Both the position numbers and the translations under genes were made by a program. Shown here one piece after another: positions 44,491-45,077 of a stretch of 45,077 bases of DNA (its first letter is position 1; each line of letters begins with the position of its first letter). Where the stretch lies: contig PDIP01000012.1 of NCBI GenBank assembly GCA_002811645.1, positions 1-45,077 on the forward strand, written 5' to 3'. Below the pieces are notes generated by a model that saw only the letters and a program-made list of their open reading frames with translations, ran no database searches and was not told the DNA's origin. The DNA is from Corallochytrium limacisporum Hawaii (Eukaryota > Protista > Pluriformea).

Positions 44491-45077
44491 GGAGGCAGTT
44501 TTGAAATTAATTTCTTCAGACCAACAACAACGCCCCCCCCCCCATTCTCGGTTTCAGAAAATTTCTTATATCCTCAAGAGCTCGGCGGTTCTGAGAATTC
44601 TACCTCCTATATTTACTATGGTATTTGGACCTTTTTGAGAACCACTCGCCGGTAGGGAGGATGGAAGGGCAAGGCCAGCCAGGGGCCGATGGTGGAAACA
44701 AGGCCGGGAACGAAAAGAAGGGGCAGTGGGGAAGGGAAGGGGGGGGTAGGTGCCTGGGTTTGCCGCTGTACTAAATGATACACCTAACTGGCAGCATACT
44801 TCATTATGTTTAATTAAGGCGAAAACGACGTACCACCCTCTGTCTCCTAAGTATGAGACAAATCGCACGAAAACGAGAACCCCGATCACTCTTTTTAATC
44901 ATGATTGAGTAATATATATTTTGATTATTATCATTATTATTAAATATCATTATACACCAAATCAATTTCAAATATTTCGTTTACGGATTGAATAAACACT
45001 TAAGTGTACTTCAAAAAATTGAGCCTTTTCACATTAACTTGACATCGAAGATCTCGTAGTCGTCGAAAAATTTTTTT

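Overview
Eukaryotic genomic scaffold with six N-gaps. It carries nine protein-coding genes, each readable as one uninterrupted ORF: a White Collar-2-like PAS+GATA factor, CCT7, UBXN6, an ATF4-like bZIP, SFR1/Mei5, SECISBP2, a CWC27-like protein without its cyclophilin domain, a YUCCA-like flavin monooxygenase and a TerB-like protein. Animal-type CCT7, UBXN6 and SBP2 together with the lack of introns suggest an intron-poor unicellular holozoan (Corallochytrium-like; inference only). Eight of the nine genes form four tight convergent pairs with 100-297 bp spacers. The long 5'/divergent spacers look empty in the ORF track. Manual three-frame reading, however, shows collinear, frameshifted APE-endonuclease and reverse-transcriptase motifs of many heavily eroded non-LTR (RTE/CR1-like) retrotransposons on both strands. 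These are interleaved with, and apparently interrupted by, homopolymer/microsatellite islands. All family assignments come from remembered motifs, not database searches. The fossil calls in particular need frameshift-aware alignment to confirm. No tRNA, rRNA, snRNA or CRISPR array was recognised.
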